IMG/VR virus record: IMGVR_UViG_3300022540_000584
Span: 1 to 56,903 of that record
DNA: 56,903 nucleotides
Source of the DNA: a virus
Lineage: Duplodnaviria; Caudoviricetes
Direction: 5' to 3' (one strand)
Position 1 is the stretch's first letter. Each line of letters begins with the position of its first letter. The position numbers and the translations under genes are program-made. Positions 29,555-39,074 of this stretch are shown here, piece by piece. The notes under the pieces are model-generated. The model had not been told where the DNA came from. It worked only from the letters and a program-made list of their open reading frames with translations, and made no database searches.

Positions 29555-29836
29555 ATGGCCGTCACGAATCAAATGCTCCTTGACGAATTACAGCGCCTCC
29601 AGTTCCGCGTCAACGAGCTGGCCGCCGGGATCGCGCTGCTGTGCGAGCGAGCAGCGGGGCTGGAGACTTGGCGCGACGGGCACGACAAGAACGTGCACAC
29701 TAGTCTCCGTGAACAGATCAAGGCAATGGCAAATGTACAAGTGCGGCAGGGAGAGCGGCTGTGGAAAGTGGCGCTACAGGTTGCGCAGGTCGCCACGCTG
29801 TTGGCAGTGCTGGCAAAGTTGACAGGCGCATGGTAA
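29555..29836 (+). CDS. Coiled-coil protein with C-terminal TM (lysis-associated)
   Basis: GAGGAG RBS; follows amidase. Confidence 0.6.
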   Translation: MAVTNQMLLDELQRLQFRVNELAAGIALLCERAAGLETWRDGHDKNVHTSLREQIKAMANVQVRQGERLWKVALQVAQVATLLAVLAKLTGAW

Positions 29837-30294
29837 ATCTCTGCCTCGCCGCTGGCCTCGCCGCCGGCATCTGCTACGCACTGCCCGGCGACTTTCACCC
29901 GCCCGCGCCGCCGCCGTTGCCAGAGTGGGCCACGCAGCAGTGGCTCTACGTCGCCGCCGGGATAGTGGCCGGTGAGACGGTGCACGATTGCGCCACGTGC
30001 GATTTGTGGATCGCGTGCACTGTCGTCGGCGACGTGGAGCGACGCGGCTACCATCCGTGGCGGCTGCGGCCTGGGCGCTGGCACGGGTGGCGGGAGCCGG
30101 GGGAGCGGCATTATGAGGCTATCAGGCAAGCGCTAAGGGGTCTCTGCGATGCTGCGCCGAAATGTGCGTATCTGGGCTCGCTCTCAGATTATGCCGGGAA
30201 TTGGCGTTTCAATCTGGCGCACGAGCAACGTGTGACGGCTATTGGCAATCGGCATGGTGTCCTCACCTGCATCCCGCCACGTGATGATGATTGA
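29830..30294 (+). CDS. Secreted Cys-rich protein, possible cell-wall hydrolase-like
   Basis: Hydrophobic N-terminus, AGIVAGE, WHGW; last late-arm gene. Confidence 0.5.
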   Translation: MVNLCLAAGLAAGICYALPGDFHPPAPPPLPEWATQQWLYVAAGIVAGETVHDCATCDLWIACTVVGDVERRGYHPWRLRPGRWHGWREPGERHYEAIRQALRGLCDAAPKCAYLGSLSDYAGNWRFNLAHEQRVTAIGNRHGVLTCIPPRDDD

Positions 30295-30636
30295 CTTCCC
30301 CTCGTGCCCGAATTCGTCACGGTGCGGGCCGTCGTGGCCTGCCTCCAGCATGCAGACGAATGAACATTCTCTACCGTTCACGATAGCGCCTGAGAGATGC
30401 AATATATCACCGCATATCACGTCAATTCTCCTTTGCGAGTCTCAATCTGCGAGCCTCGACCTCTAGCAGCGCCTCGTCAATCCAGGCAAGATGTCCTGAA
30501 ATTGCCGTCTTGATCGACAATACCCCCGCCATGCTGTGCGGTCGATAACATCTATGTGAAAGCATATCCTCAATGCCGTCAAGCCACATCTCAACCTCTT
30601 TCCACAGTTCGTCAACGGTCATTTTATCCATATCTG

Positions 30637-31110
30637 TCATGGGCATATCTCCCACTTTTCACGCGGCACTCGCTTAACCCAGTACCCCGATCCGGCACGT
30701 TCATAGAATCCGGTTGTTATTTCATCACCAACCTGTAGAATAGCGCCAACTATACCAGTTATCGGATCTACGCAGAAATAAGCGAACTCGCTCTCACTGC
30801 CGCCGCAAAATTTAGCAACTTCCGTGCACTTGCTCTCCAGGAGCATCTGATAAATCTTCTCAGTCTCCTCATTATGCTTGGCAGAATGCATGCTGATTGC
30901 CAAGCCGCTAGGAACGTGCACCTGATCGGGCCGCAGCCAGTCTATCGCCACCTCGCTGGCTTGGCGCATCGCCGGGACAGTCGCCACTTGCGCCGAACCC
31001 AACAGCGCCAGCGCGCCTAGGCCGACGAGCAACATCGTGCCGAACAGCAGTATCATGGTTTCCAGTGAACTCGTCCTCGTCATCATGTTATACCTCCTGT
31101 ATTCAACCAC
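30637..31110 (-). CDS. Membrane-anchored hypothetical protein
   Basis: AGGAGG RBS near 31092, N-terminal TM, HSAKH and ITTGF motifs. Confidence 0.65.
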   Translation of the reverse strand: MVEYRRYNMMTRTSSLETMILLFGTMLLVGLGALALLGSAQVATVPAMRQASEVAIDWLRPDQVHVPSGLAISMHSAKHNEETEKIYQMLLESKCTEVAKFCGGSESEFAYFCVDPITGIVGAILQVGDEITTGFYERAGSGYWVKRVPREKWEICP

Positions 31111-31144
31111 TCAAACAGCTTCCCATCACAACGCGCCAGCAAGA

Positions 31145-31384
31145 TCAGCGAGGCGTGCTCCTGCCCCTTACCTCACGGAATGCTGCCTCAATGTCCCTTT
31201 CTATCTCCTCAGATGTGGCCCTTGAGAGCCTTGCTGTAATCCTCTGAAACAGCGCCTCGGCCAGTTGCCCGATGTCGAAGTCGCGGATCTCACCGCCCGG
31301 ACCGCCCTCGAGCGCCGGGCAGCGGTCGTGCTGGCGCAGCGAGAAGACGAGCAGGCCGCCGGTTTGCCCGGGTGTCAGGAACAT
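31145..31384 (-). CDS. Hypothetical protein
   Basis: GAGGAG RBS, operon orientation. Confidence 0.55.
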   Translation of the reverse strand: MFLTPGQTGGLLVFSLRQHDRCPALEGGPGGEIRDFDIGQLAEALFQRITARLSRATSEEIERDIEAAFREVRGRSTPR

Positions 31385-32283
31385 TGCGGCTCCTCTATCA
31401 CGTCCGCGCTGCTAGGCTGCGGGAACTCTTGCCAGGTGCGACCATCTAGCAAGTGGCCGGCGGCTTTCTTGCCGACGCGGGCCATTGGCGGCCAGCCCAT
31501 GCTATGCCGAACATTTGCATAGTAAGTCTCTGGTAGATCGTCTCCGCAGTCAACAGGCATCCAAGCCCCCCATTGCTTCATGAAATAAGCGATCTCATTC
31601 TCTTGACAAAAGTCCCGCGTTACCCTGTGCCAGTCGGGGTGTGACGGCCTAGCGCCTGGCCCACTCTCACCACCAGATATTATTTGCGACACAAATTCCC
31701 AGCCCGTCCAGTCCACGGGGCCGAGGGCGGGCTCATAGGAGACAAACTTGACGGCGGCGGGGCATTGCTCCAGGTATCCACGCCGCTCGTCGGCTGCGGC
31801 CTGGTTCTCGACGCTGACGCCGAGCCAGAGATTGGGCAGTGGTTTATGCCACTTGCTCTGGCGTGCCTCCGGGCGATTGAACCAATCCAACATCCGCCGT
31901 GGTCTCTTAGTAAGCATCTGGAATTTATGCTGCGGTGCCTGATACACTGTATAGAGCACATCACAGATGAAATCGTCAGGTACGCTTGGATGGAACAGAT
32001 CGCCCATTGAGGCGATGAAGATTCGACGTGGCTTTTTCCAATGTAGTGGTTGATCTAGCACATCACGGTTGAATCTTATCTCACCCGTCCACCTGGCCCT
32101 GCCGTTCTCGATAGTCGCCAGTCCCTTGTAGCGCGGGTGATGTTTCAACCTGGTGGCCGCCATTCGCGCGGCATAGCATTTATCGCAGCCTGGGCTCCCA
32201 GCGTGTGAGCAGCCTGTCACGACAGGCCATGTTTCACCTTTTGATCCATCTGGGTTACGAGTCCACTCGATATTCGTGGTCAT
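31375..32283 (-). CDS. Phage Gp37/Gp68 family (DUF5131) radical-SAM-like protein
   Basis: IEWT, TGC...GCDKCYA, SMGDLFH, LTKRP, WLGVSVE, SYEP, GGESGPGARP. Confidence 0.93.
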   Translation of the reverse strand: MTTNIEWTRNPDGSKGETWPVVTGCSHAGSPGCDKCYAARMAATRLKHHPRYKGLATIENGRARWTGEIRFNRDVLDQPLHWKKPRRIFIASMGDLFHPSVPDDFICDVLYTVYQAPQHKFQMLTKRPRRMLDWFNRPEARQSKWHKPLPNLWLGVSVENQAAADERRGYLEQCPAAVKFVSYEPALGPVDWTGWEFVSQIISGGESGPGARPSHPDWHRVTRDFCQENEIAYFMKQWGAWMPVDCGDDLPETYYANVRHSMGWPPMARVGKKAAGHLLDGRTWQEFPQPSSADVIEEPQCS

Positions 32284-32338
32284 TTGCTATTCTCCTTTCG
32301 TGTGGTATAATTATACCACACAATCAAATGGAGGTCAA
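32284..32338. promoter_or_regulatory. Overlapping opposed sigma70 promoters on a 22-bp palindrome
   Basis: GTGTGGTATAATTATACCACAC (32300-32321); plus TTGCTA-N16-TATAAT, minus TTGACC-N17-TATAAT. Confidence 0.8.
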
Positions 32339-32339
32339 C

Positions 32340-32780
32340 ATGGGTTCTAAGATGGGCGTCTTGAAAGTCGCTGCTGGGAGAATTGGGGTTGAGTTTGATG
32401 AATACATGTCAAATCTTGAAAATGGATTAAAGTGGTGTCATCAATGCAGAAACTGGAAGAGTAAGTTTAGATTTGGCAATGACATAACAAGAGGAGATGG
32501 CCTGGACGCAGTCTGTCTTGAATGCAGACGTGTCAAAGTAAGAAGGCGCAGAAAGATTGCAACACCATCCATAAAAGTTCAATCTCAAGCCTCCAGTGCA
32601 GTAAGCAATGAGGTGAAGAGGGGCAGAATGATGAAAGCAACCGCCCTGGTCTGTTGTGATTGCGGAGAAGACGCCGAGCATTACCATCACCATCTAGGTT
32701 ATGCCAAGAGTCATTGGCTCGACGTAATTCCACTTTGCATGAAATGCCATGCTAAAAGACACTGGACTGGAGAGGCTTGA
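32340..32780 (+). CDS. HNH homing endonuclease
   Basis: KWCHQC...RGDGLDAVCLEC zinc motif; CCDCG..AEHYHH...LCMKCH. Confidence 0.85.
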   Translation: MGSKMGVLKVAAGRIGVEFDEYMSNLENGLKWCHQCRNWKSKFRFGNDITRGDGLDAVCLECRRVKVRRRRKIATPSIKVQSQASSAVSNEVKRGRMMKATALVCCDCGEDAEHYHHHLGYAKSHWLDVIPLCMKCHAKRHWTGEA

Positions 32781-32806
32781 TTCCTCTAATGCTTCTTGCG
32801 TCCATT

Positions 32807-33055
32807 CTATCCTTGATTTTGACATTTCCCCAGCCCCTCCTCTACTCTCATCAACTTCACCCGCATCGTCTCGCCGCCCGCTACCTGCGCCCGCCACGTC
32901 AACGAGTCGCCAACCCCCATGCCGCCCAGCAACCGCGCCAGCGGCGCCTTGAGGCTCAGGCGCTCCTTGCCGTCGCCGCCGGCGTAAACGATGAGGAATT
33001 GTAACTCCTCATCATCAAGCCTGACCGTCACTGTCATACCTGCTTTGAGTTTCAT
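32807..33055 (-). CDS. Stand-alone GreA/GreB C-terminal domain
   Basis: GMTVTV...FLIV...LSLKAPLARLLGGMGVGD resembles ISxxSPLGxALLGxxxGD. Confidence 0.65.
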   Translation of the reverse strand: MKLKAGMTVTVRLDDEELQFLIVYAGGDGKERLSLKAPLARLLGGMGVGDSLTWRAQVAGGETMRVKLMRVEEGLGKCQNQG

Positions 33056-33308
33056 CTATCTCCTCCAAATATTCCTTACTTACAATGATGCAAGCGGGCG
33101 GCTGCGTTTCACCGCATAATAGCGCCAGCCATACCCGGCCAAAAATCAGCGCAGATAGCCGCTCTTTAAGTGTCATTTTCCAGCACGAGACACATTGCTC
33201 CCCGTCCGTCCAGACGGGCAGCGAAGCAACGTCCGTGACACTATCTGAGTATTCCTGCCCGCTTGGTGTCAAGGTCTTATTTGAATAGTTAAAATGTATA
33301 GGCTTCAT
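33015..33308 (-). CDS. Conserved phage hypothetical protein
   Basis: MKPIHF...LPV...VSCWK...GRVWL...QPP. Confidence 0.75.
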   Translation of the reverse strand: MKPIHFNYSNKTLTPSGQEYSDSVTDVASLPVWTDGEQCVSCWKMTLKERLSALIFGRVWLALLCGETQPPACIIVSKEYLEEIDETQSRYDSDGQA

Positions 33309-33619
33309 CTCTGTCTCTCCTCTCTCTCGTGAGCGTACCACATCAACACGTCCTGCGTGCATTGCGCCACTATCGCCGGCACATCGGGCCACCTCTCAAA
33401 GAATTCTTTCTGCTTGACGGTGAGCCTACCGGCGAGCGTCTTAATCTCCACGGCCAGCCAGAGCCACTCGCCGCCGCCGACGTGGCCGCAGACGAACAGG
33501 TCGAGCACTTTCCCGCCGACGTCGGCCAGGTTGAGGACGTAGAAGCCTAAGCCTTCCAGGTCTTCTACAATCTCCGATTGGTTTGCATCGCGCTTCGTAT
33601 AGCGCGGGCGCCCTACCAT
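33305..33619 (-). CDS. VRR-NUC family endonuclease
   Basis: KRDANQSEIV, DLFV, VEIK, GRLTVKQKEF. Confidence 0.88.
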   Translation of the reverse strand: MVGRPRYTKRDANQSEIVEDLEGLGFYVLNLADVGGKVLDLFVCGHVGGGEWLWLAVEIKTLAGRLTVKQKEFFERWPDVPAIVAQCTQDVLMWYAHEREERQR

Positions 33620-33770
33620 CTCATCGTCTCCTCACTGGCAAATCCAGCACGGCCACTGCCATACGTCGCACAGCAGCACCGGCACGTAGATGCCGATGAT
33701 GAAGGCGATGATAGCGTACAGAATATAGGTCAGTAGCGTTTTGATGCACCGACGTAACATTGGTCACTCC

Positions 33771-33838
33771 TTGTTCTTTGCAGGAACTTGTGGTATAATA
33801 GTACCATCTCATTATAACGGGAAAAGTCAAAATGTCAA
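33771..33838. promoter_or_regulatory. Opposed sigma70 promoters at LAGLIDADG 5' end
   Basis: Plus TTGTTC-N17-TATAAT (33771-33799); minus TTGACA-N16-TATAAT (33838-33811). Confidence 0.75.
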
Positions 33839-34815
33839 GAGTAGTAAAAAACCTCAAACACGCTAATGTTGAATTAACAGAGTTTCAATACCAAGTTTGT
33901 CTTGGAACCCTCTTGGGCGATTCATCCCTAAGCAGGCCCAAGAATGGCAGGACTTACCATCTAGCATGTTACCATACTGAGCGTCAATCTGACTGGCTCA
34001 AAATCAAGTGGGATTGGCTGCAACCTTTTAGCAGGCCAATCCAAGTGTGCGAATATCTTGATAAGCGCAACGGCAAGACCTATCGAGGAAGCCGCTTTCA
34101 TACGATCTCCGCTCCTTGTTTCAATGAATTGCATCGGCTGATCTATCCTGATATGAAACGAATCACACATGAACTAATGCAGCAGTTTGTGCATCCTGTG
34201 GCGCTAGCCTGTCTTATTTGTGATGACGGCACTTGGGACAAGGCAGGTATAAGCATTGCAAGTAAACAATTTACCATAGGGGGAAATGAAGTCTTGGCTA
34301 CTACCCTTAGTAATAATTTTGACATTCATGTTACTATGATGGCTAATCAAAAGTATCCATTTGTCAGGATTACAGCCCGATCTGTTGAGAGAACATTCAA
34401 TCTGTGCTCAAAGTACATTCCTGATACAATGTTATATAAGTTTGGTGGAGGCAATTACAAATCTTGTCTAGTTGGAAAGATCACCCAAATATGCCCTACC
34501 TGTGGGAAGCCTTTCCAAGTCTATGCCTCACTCGGCCAAATCTATTGCTCACGTCCTTGTGCACAGATCGGAAGACCCAAAGGATATGAAACAAGAACTG
34601 AAACGGATACCTGCCCTGTATGTGGCAAGACCTTTCTGCGTTATACCAAGCGCCAGCGAACTTGCCCTGATTGCTTTAGAAAGCCATCGCCTGATGAAGT
34701 CTGCCAAATTTGCGGTAAACCTGTTAAGGCCCATGGGCGCAAGCATTGCTCTAAGCGTTGTGGTACTATCGCTGGTCATCTTACCCGTGGGCATAAAGTC
34801 ACACTTCCTATCTAG
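33832..34815 (+). CDS. LAGLIDADG homing endonuclease with C-terminal zinc-finger repeats
   Basis: LGTLLGDSSL and LACLICDDG motifs; repeated CPxCGK. Confidence 0.9.
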   Translation: MSRVVKNLKHANVELTEFQYQVCLGTLLGDSSLSRPKNGRTYHLACYHTERQSDWLKIKWDWLQPFSRPIQVCEYLDKRNGKTYRGSRFHTISAPCFNELHRLIYPDMKRITHELMQQFVHPVALACLICDDGTWDKAGISIASKQFTIGGNEVLATTLSNNFDIHVTMMANQKYPFVRITARSVERTFNLCSKYIPDTMLYKFGGGNYKSCLVGKITQICPTCGKPFQVYASLGQIYCSRPCAQIGRPKGYETRTETDTCPVCGKTFLRYTKRQRTCPDCFRKPSPDEVCQICGKPVKAHGRKHCSKRCGTIAGHLTRGHKVTLPI

Positions 34816-34870
34816 GGCATAGTCGGGAGCCCCAGCCCTCGCGGTACAGTCCTGTCCAGTTATCGATCAT
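34808..34870 (-). pseudogene. 20-aa N-terminal stub truncated at the LAGLIDADG junction
   Basis: MIDNWTGLYREGWGSRLCPR*, reminiscent of N-termini of some phage DNA methyltransferases. Confidence 0.35.
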
Positions 34871-35279
34871 ATTAATTAGCACCTTCGATTTGCTCTCTGA
34901 TTGATCTTGCCATGACCCCTCTAGCGTCGTCATGCGACTGTCGGTTACAGACAGCCGCTATCTCCCTGAGCAGGGACGCCGATAGATATACCGATACCAA
35001 GTCATCATCGCGCAGGCTTTTACGCAAGTGACCGCCCTGCGCCTGGGCGTCGACTCTCCGTAGCAATTCCAGCGGTGTCTTCATTCTTGTCTCCTCTTTG
35101 TCTCTGATGACGGTTTCCATCCCAGCCGCCTGGCCCAGCGCTCCAACTTCTCCCGGGTGATCGTCACGCCCCAGGTGTACCACGGTTCCAGGCGGCGCAT
35201 CCTATTGTTCAGGAAATCTATCATCTCGACGGTATCACTGTAATTCATCTGTCTCTCCTTTCATTGCCTGCGCCGGCGG

Positions 35280-35729
35280 CTATGCTTCAATTTTCTCTTG
35301 AAATTCAGAACGTATTCTGGAATATCTATCCCATGCCTTTTTGGTGATCCTGAGCAATTTGTGATTCTTATGTAATCTGCCTGCCTTATCTGCCTGTGCC
35401 GTCAAACCAGTGAGATGCAAAGCCAAGAAAAGAGCATCTACTAATAGACTTATATCGGATTTCAATTTCTCTTGACAATCCCAGGCCATTGTTTCTCCTT
35501 TCATTGCCCGCGCCCCGGCGGCTACAGGCTCAGGGACGCTGCCGGCTATCTTCTTCAGGCCGTCAGGATCGCTGAGCAATGCTGAATCGTCATAAATCAT
35601 GCTGCCGTCGCCGGGCGACAATGGCCTGGCCAGCAACTCTCTCGCGGCTTTCTCGTCCAACAAGCCTTGCTCAAAGACATTCGTCACGGCAGCAAGCCGA
35701 AGTTGCCTGGCAAGTGTCGTTATATTCAT
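35280..35729 (-). CDS. Hypothetical protein(s), probably two fused cassettes (second start ~35489)
   Basis: Internal AAGGAG RBS plus ATG and composition shift. Confidence 0.55.
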   Translation of the reverse strand: MNITTLARQLRLAAVTNVFEQGLLDEKAARELLARPLSPGDGSMIYDDSALLSDPDGLKKIAGSVPEPVAAGARAMKGETMAWDCQEKLKSDISLLVDALFLALHLTGLTAQADKAGRLHKNHKLLRITKKAWDRYSRIRSEFQEKIEA

Positions 35730-35784
35730 CTCATTCTCTCCTTGCGGCTACAGGCTCAGGGGCGGCGGGGTTCTCACGTCGCCG

Positions 35785-36750
35785 CTAAAACTGCACCGCC
35801 TTAGATAGTTCCAGTTCCGCCAGTTTCAAGTAAGCCGGATGAAAGTACATAGCCCAGGTGCGGCGGCCCCGCTCACCACGCTGTTTTAGCATCCGTATGA
35901 TGAGCAACTGGTCATTGATCGTGTGCATTCCAGGCGTACCGGTGATGCTCAATGTCCCGCCTGCTTCCTCTGTGATGACCGGACGCCACAGGCCAAAGAC
36001 CTTGTCACTCGTCTGCTCAATGCTGCTGGCCCACTGCGCATCGGCCATCCCCGGTATCTTCTCTTGGCGCTTGTCCACGTCACGACTGGCCTGGACTCCC
36101 ACCAGTGCCGGGCAACCGATGCGCAGGGCCAGTTCCTTGACGCGGATCGGGACTTCTGTCACCCGCTGCACGCGGTCTCGAATATTCGGCACAGGTATGA
36201 GTTGCATGTAGTCAAACAGCATCAAGACTGGCTTAATGTGAAAGTCCATCTCCATCGTCTCAATCGCTGATAGCACGGCATCGGGTGTCATTCGCGGGGT
36301 CTTAATCCCAGCCCGCCCTATGCCATGGCCGATGATCCATATTGGCACGCCGGCCCGTTTCAGCGCTTGCCGCTTCACTGTCTCCAGATCCGCACGGCCC
36401 CAGGCTATGTCGGCGATTGAGTGCTTTCCGTCGGCTTGAAAGAACGCTTCCAACTCCTCAGCGCTCTGCTCCCAGGTTACGTATACTACTGCCTCACGTT
36501 CTGAATTGTCAGCCGCCATGATGCGCTTGGCCTGCTCGCGGGCGAAGTAAGCCAAGAGTGAGGTCTTGCCGTGGCCCGGGCGGGCTATGATGCTCACCAG
36601 TTCGCCGGGACGCATCGGGATAACATATTTGTCTATTGTCTGAACGCCGAATTGAATACCCGGATCAGCTTTGATGCGCTCGGCCCAGGCTACATATTCG
36701 GTAGCCAGTTCAGCAGGTGTGTGAATGAGGACGCGAAAGTCCTTCGACAT
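35785..36750 (-). CDS. dnaB: DnaB-like replicative helicase
   Basis: ARPGHGKT, FDYMQL, KELA, SIEQTSDKV, KQRG. Confidence 0.93.
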   Translation of the reverse strand: MSKDFRVLIHTPAELATEYVAWAERIKADPGIQFGVQTIDKYVIPMRPGELVSIIARPGHGKTSLLAYFAREQAKRIMAADNSEREAVVYVTWEQSAEELEAFFQADGKHSIADIAWGRADLETVKRQALKRAGVPIWIIGHGIGRAGIKTPRMTPDAVLSAIETMEMDFHIKPVLMLFDYMQLIPVPNIRDRVQRVTEVPIRVKELALRIGCPALVGVQASRDVDKRQEKIPGMADAQWASSIEQTSDKVFGLWRPVITEEAGGTLSITGTPGMHTINDQLLIIRMLKQRGERGRRTWAMYFHPAYLKLAELELSKAVQF

Positions 36751-37499
36751 TAGGCTCCTACTTTGAGGTGGCGGGGTTTGAGGTTAGCGGCCCATTTTGA
36801 GATGTAGTTAGTTACACCGGTTACTGAGGTTATGCCTTGCTCTAGCGCGGCCTTCAGCGCCTTGTCAAATTCACTGTTCACTGCTTTGGCGGCTCTCTCA
36901 AATTTGTCCATGCATTCCAGCGAGGGAAATCGCTTGGGGCCACGTCTTCCTTTCGCTCTTGCATTTGCTGTCAATCGCGTGAACATCTTTGACGCTGTAG
37001 GTGTCTTTGGTGCAAGAGGGGAATCAGCAGGGGCAGCGGTAGCCGTTGAAACGTCTTTCGTTTCAACCTTTATAGTATTCTCTGCTGTAATCTCTGTAAG
37101 AGTCTTTGTGGATTCGCAAGAACGTTCTTGTGATTTCGCAAGAACCATTTGTGAAATCCACGCTTCCCACTGCTTCTGTAACTCGTTCAGGTTGAGGCGA
37201 TAGTGAACGGTGGGGCTACCTGCGAATTTTCTTATGGTAGTTTGGAGTATCTTTCGGTCTTCTAGTGCCCTGCGGGCCTTCCTCACTGCATAACTGGACA
37301 GACACAACTCATCTGAAAAGTCAGCATCAGTCTTGGCAATCCACTGTCCGGGGATACTAGCCCGTGGCGTCCAGTATAGCAACTGGCCCAGGAGCAACCC
37401 GGCTTCTAGGCTCCCTGTGAATTGCACGAATGACTTACGGATGACTACGGTACTCTTTTGTCCGCTGAGCGCTATGAGGCTTTCAATTAGTTGGTTCAT
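36750..37499 (-). CDS. Replication initiator (wHTH, lambda O-like role)
   Basis: AGLLLGQLLYW...WIAKT...ELCLS...HYRLN; upstream of helicase; internal iterons. Confidence 0.8.
   Translation of the reverse strand: MNQLIESLIALSGQKSTVVIRKSFVQFTGSLEAGLLLGQLLYWTPRASIPGQWIAKTDADFSDELCLSSYAVRKARRALEDRKILQTTIRKFAGSPTVHYRLNLNELQKQWEAWISQMVLAKSQERSCESTKTLTEITAENTIKVETKDVSTATAAPADSPLAPKTPTASKMFTRLTANARAKGRRGPKRFPSLECMDKFERAAKAVNSEFDKALKAALEQGITSVTGVTNYISKWAANLKPRHLKVGA
37100..37157. repeat. Probable replication origin iterons inside initiator gene
   Basis: TTCGCAAGAAC at 37113 and 37135, palindrome CAAGAACGTTCTTG, TTGTG at ~22-bp period. Confidence 0.6.
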
Positions 37500-38125
37500 C
37501 TTGCTCCCTTCTCAAATCGTGCCTGGCGGGCGGCGGTATAGGCTTTTCTTAAATCTTTTGAGCGCCCATTCTTTTTAGTCATTGGCGCTAGAATATCTAT
37601 GCCGTGCTCATCATCAAAAAAGAAGGTAAGGATAGGCGTTTCTCCTTTGCGTGCTGGCTCTAATGCTGGGAACGGCCAAATAACAAAACTGCCGTCTTCT
37701 CTCCTTTGTTGCCATATCCACGGGCGCGGGTCAAGAGATACTTGACCTATAGGCTCTCCGTTTGTTTTATTGACAAGGGGCAAGAATGCACGAGCAAAAG
37801 AGCCCGATTCTAATGTCCAATTTGGAAGATGGTATATCGGTATTTCTACTGAGCCACAAAAGGTAAATAGCGGCTTTTCTGTTCCTAATGCCAAGTACTT
37901 TGCCCATTCCTCTTGTAGTAAATTCTTACGCCCTTTGATTTCAATCCAACACTTTTGCTCTGGTAGCCAGAAGTCAGGTAGATACCAGCCTGCTTCCCCC
38001 AGGTCAAACCCTTCTGGCTCATATTGGTATTCAATCCCCAGGGTATCAAAGAACACCGCCCACCTGGCCTCGAGGCGGCTGCGGAACCGGTAGCCATTGT
38101 AGACTGTCTCAATTGCTTTGATCAC
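37496..38125 (-). CDS. PD-(D/E)XK nuclease-like protein
   Basis: FRSRLEARWAVFFD...YEPEG...YLPDF...IEIKG. Confidence 0.85.
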   Translation of the reverse strand: MIKAIETVYNGYRFRSRLEARWAVFFDTLGIEYQYEPEGFDLGEAGWYLPDFWLPEQKCWIEIKGRKNLLQEEWAKYLALGTEKPLFTFCGSVEIPIYHLPNWTLESGSFARAFLPLVNKTNGEPIGQVSLDPRPWIWQQRREDGSFVIWPFPALEPARKGETPILTFFFDDEHGIDILAPMTKKNGRSKDLRKAYTAARQARFEKGAR

Positions 38126-39066
38126 TGCGCTCTCCTTGCCAACCTCAAAAAGTTCTCTATGTCAAAAGACGACGCCCCGTATCTCACGATGGCGTCGTCT
38201 ATCTTAACAGGCATCTCTACTACCTGCCCGCGCCGCCCAAACAGCGCTGCCAGCCTGTAGGCCGATTGCGTAGCGTCCGGGTCTAACACTATGTACACCT
38301 GGCCGATGTGGGTAAACCAATCCAGCCACTCACGCTTGAAAGACTTCTTGCCCGTTATGCCGACGTTTGGGAAGCCAGATTGAGACACTACCAATGACTT
38401 TTTCTCTCCCTCGACTATGAGGATGCGCTTGTCGGCCTGGTCGAGCAGATCAACGTTGAACAGTGATAACCCCAGTCCGGCCCGGTGCGGGCGATACTTG
38501 CCCGTGCCGTTCGGCGCAATGAGGCGGTGGCGAATGTTCTCTAGTTTGCCACGGTTGATGATGGGGATAGTGTACGAGGGACTTTCGCGGTAGATGGGGC
38601 AACTGGTGCAATATCCGAGCATGTAGTGGTCAATTGTCTCTGTGGTCATTCCCTCTATCCACCAGTATTCGAATGCCCGCTCATCAAGCGCCTCATGATA
38701 GGTGAAATGGTCTTTGCACTTGTGCATCTGTTCTAGCGCCGTGAGGCGGCGCTCCATTTCTGCCTGTTGCCGCGCTTGCCGTCGCTGCTCGGCCTCAATA
38801 CGGAATATGCGTTTTTGTTCTGGCGTGAGGGGGTCTTGTTTCTCCAGTGTGTCGAGGAAGCCCTGTGCGGCGCACTGCCGACACCAATAACGCGGGGAAT
38901 TATCGAGGAAGATTCGGAATCTATTTGACTTCTCACCTTTGCCAGAATCGCCGCAGAATGGACATCCATTTAGGCTGTAGTACTCGTCTCGACTTGCGCG
39001 CTTGAGGCTTATGCCCCAGTGTCGTTCGGCTAGTCCTACGGGGTCAATAACTGTGTGCATCTGCAT
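38122..39066 (-). CDS. DNA primase (zinc-binding plus Toprim)
   Basis: CPFCG...YWCRQC; IVEGEKK; LDPD; GGAGG RBS before 39066. Confidence 0.9.
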   Translation of the reverse strand: MQMHTVIDPVGLAERHWGISLKRASRDEYYSLNGCPFCGDSGKGEKSNRFRIFLDNSPRYWCRQCAAQGFLDTLEKQDPLTPEQKRIFRIEAEQRRQARQQAEMERRLTALEQMHKCKDHFTYHEALDERAFEYWWIEGMTTETIDHYMLGYCTSCPIYRESPSYTIPIINRGKLENIRHRLIAPNGTGKYRPHRAGLGLSLFNVDLLDQADKRILIVEGEKKSLVVSQSGFPNVGITGKKSFKREWLDWFTHIGQVYIVLDPDATQSAYRLAALFGRRGQVVEMPVKIDDAIVRYGASSFDIENFLRLARRAQ

Positions 39067-39074
39067 TATACCTC

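Noticed and set aside
33832-34815. Group I intron or intein hosting the LAGLIDADG genes
   Set aside because: Endonucleases are antisense to flanking genes, have their own promoters, and lack splice-junction or intein terminal motifs
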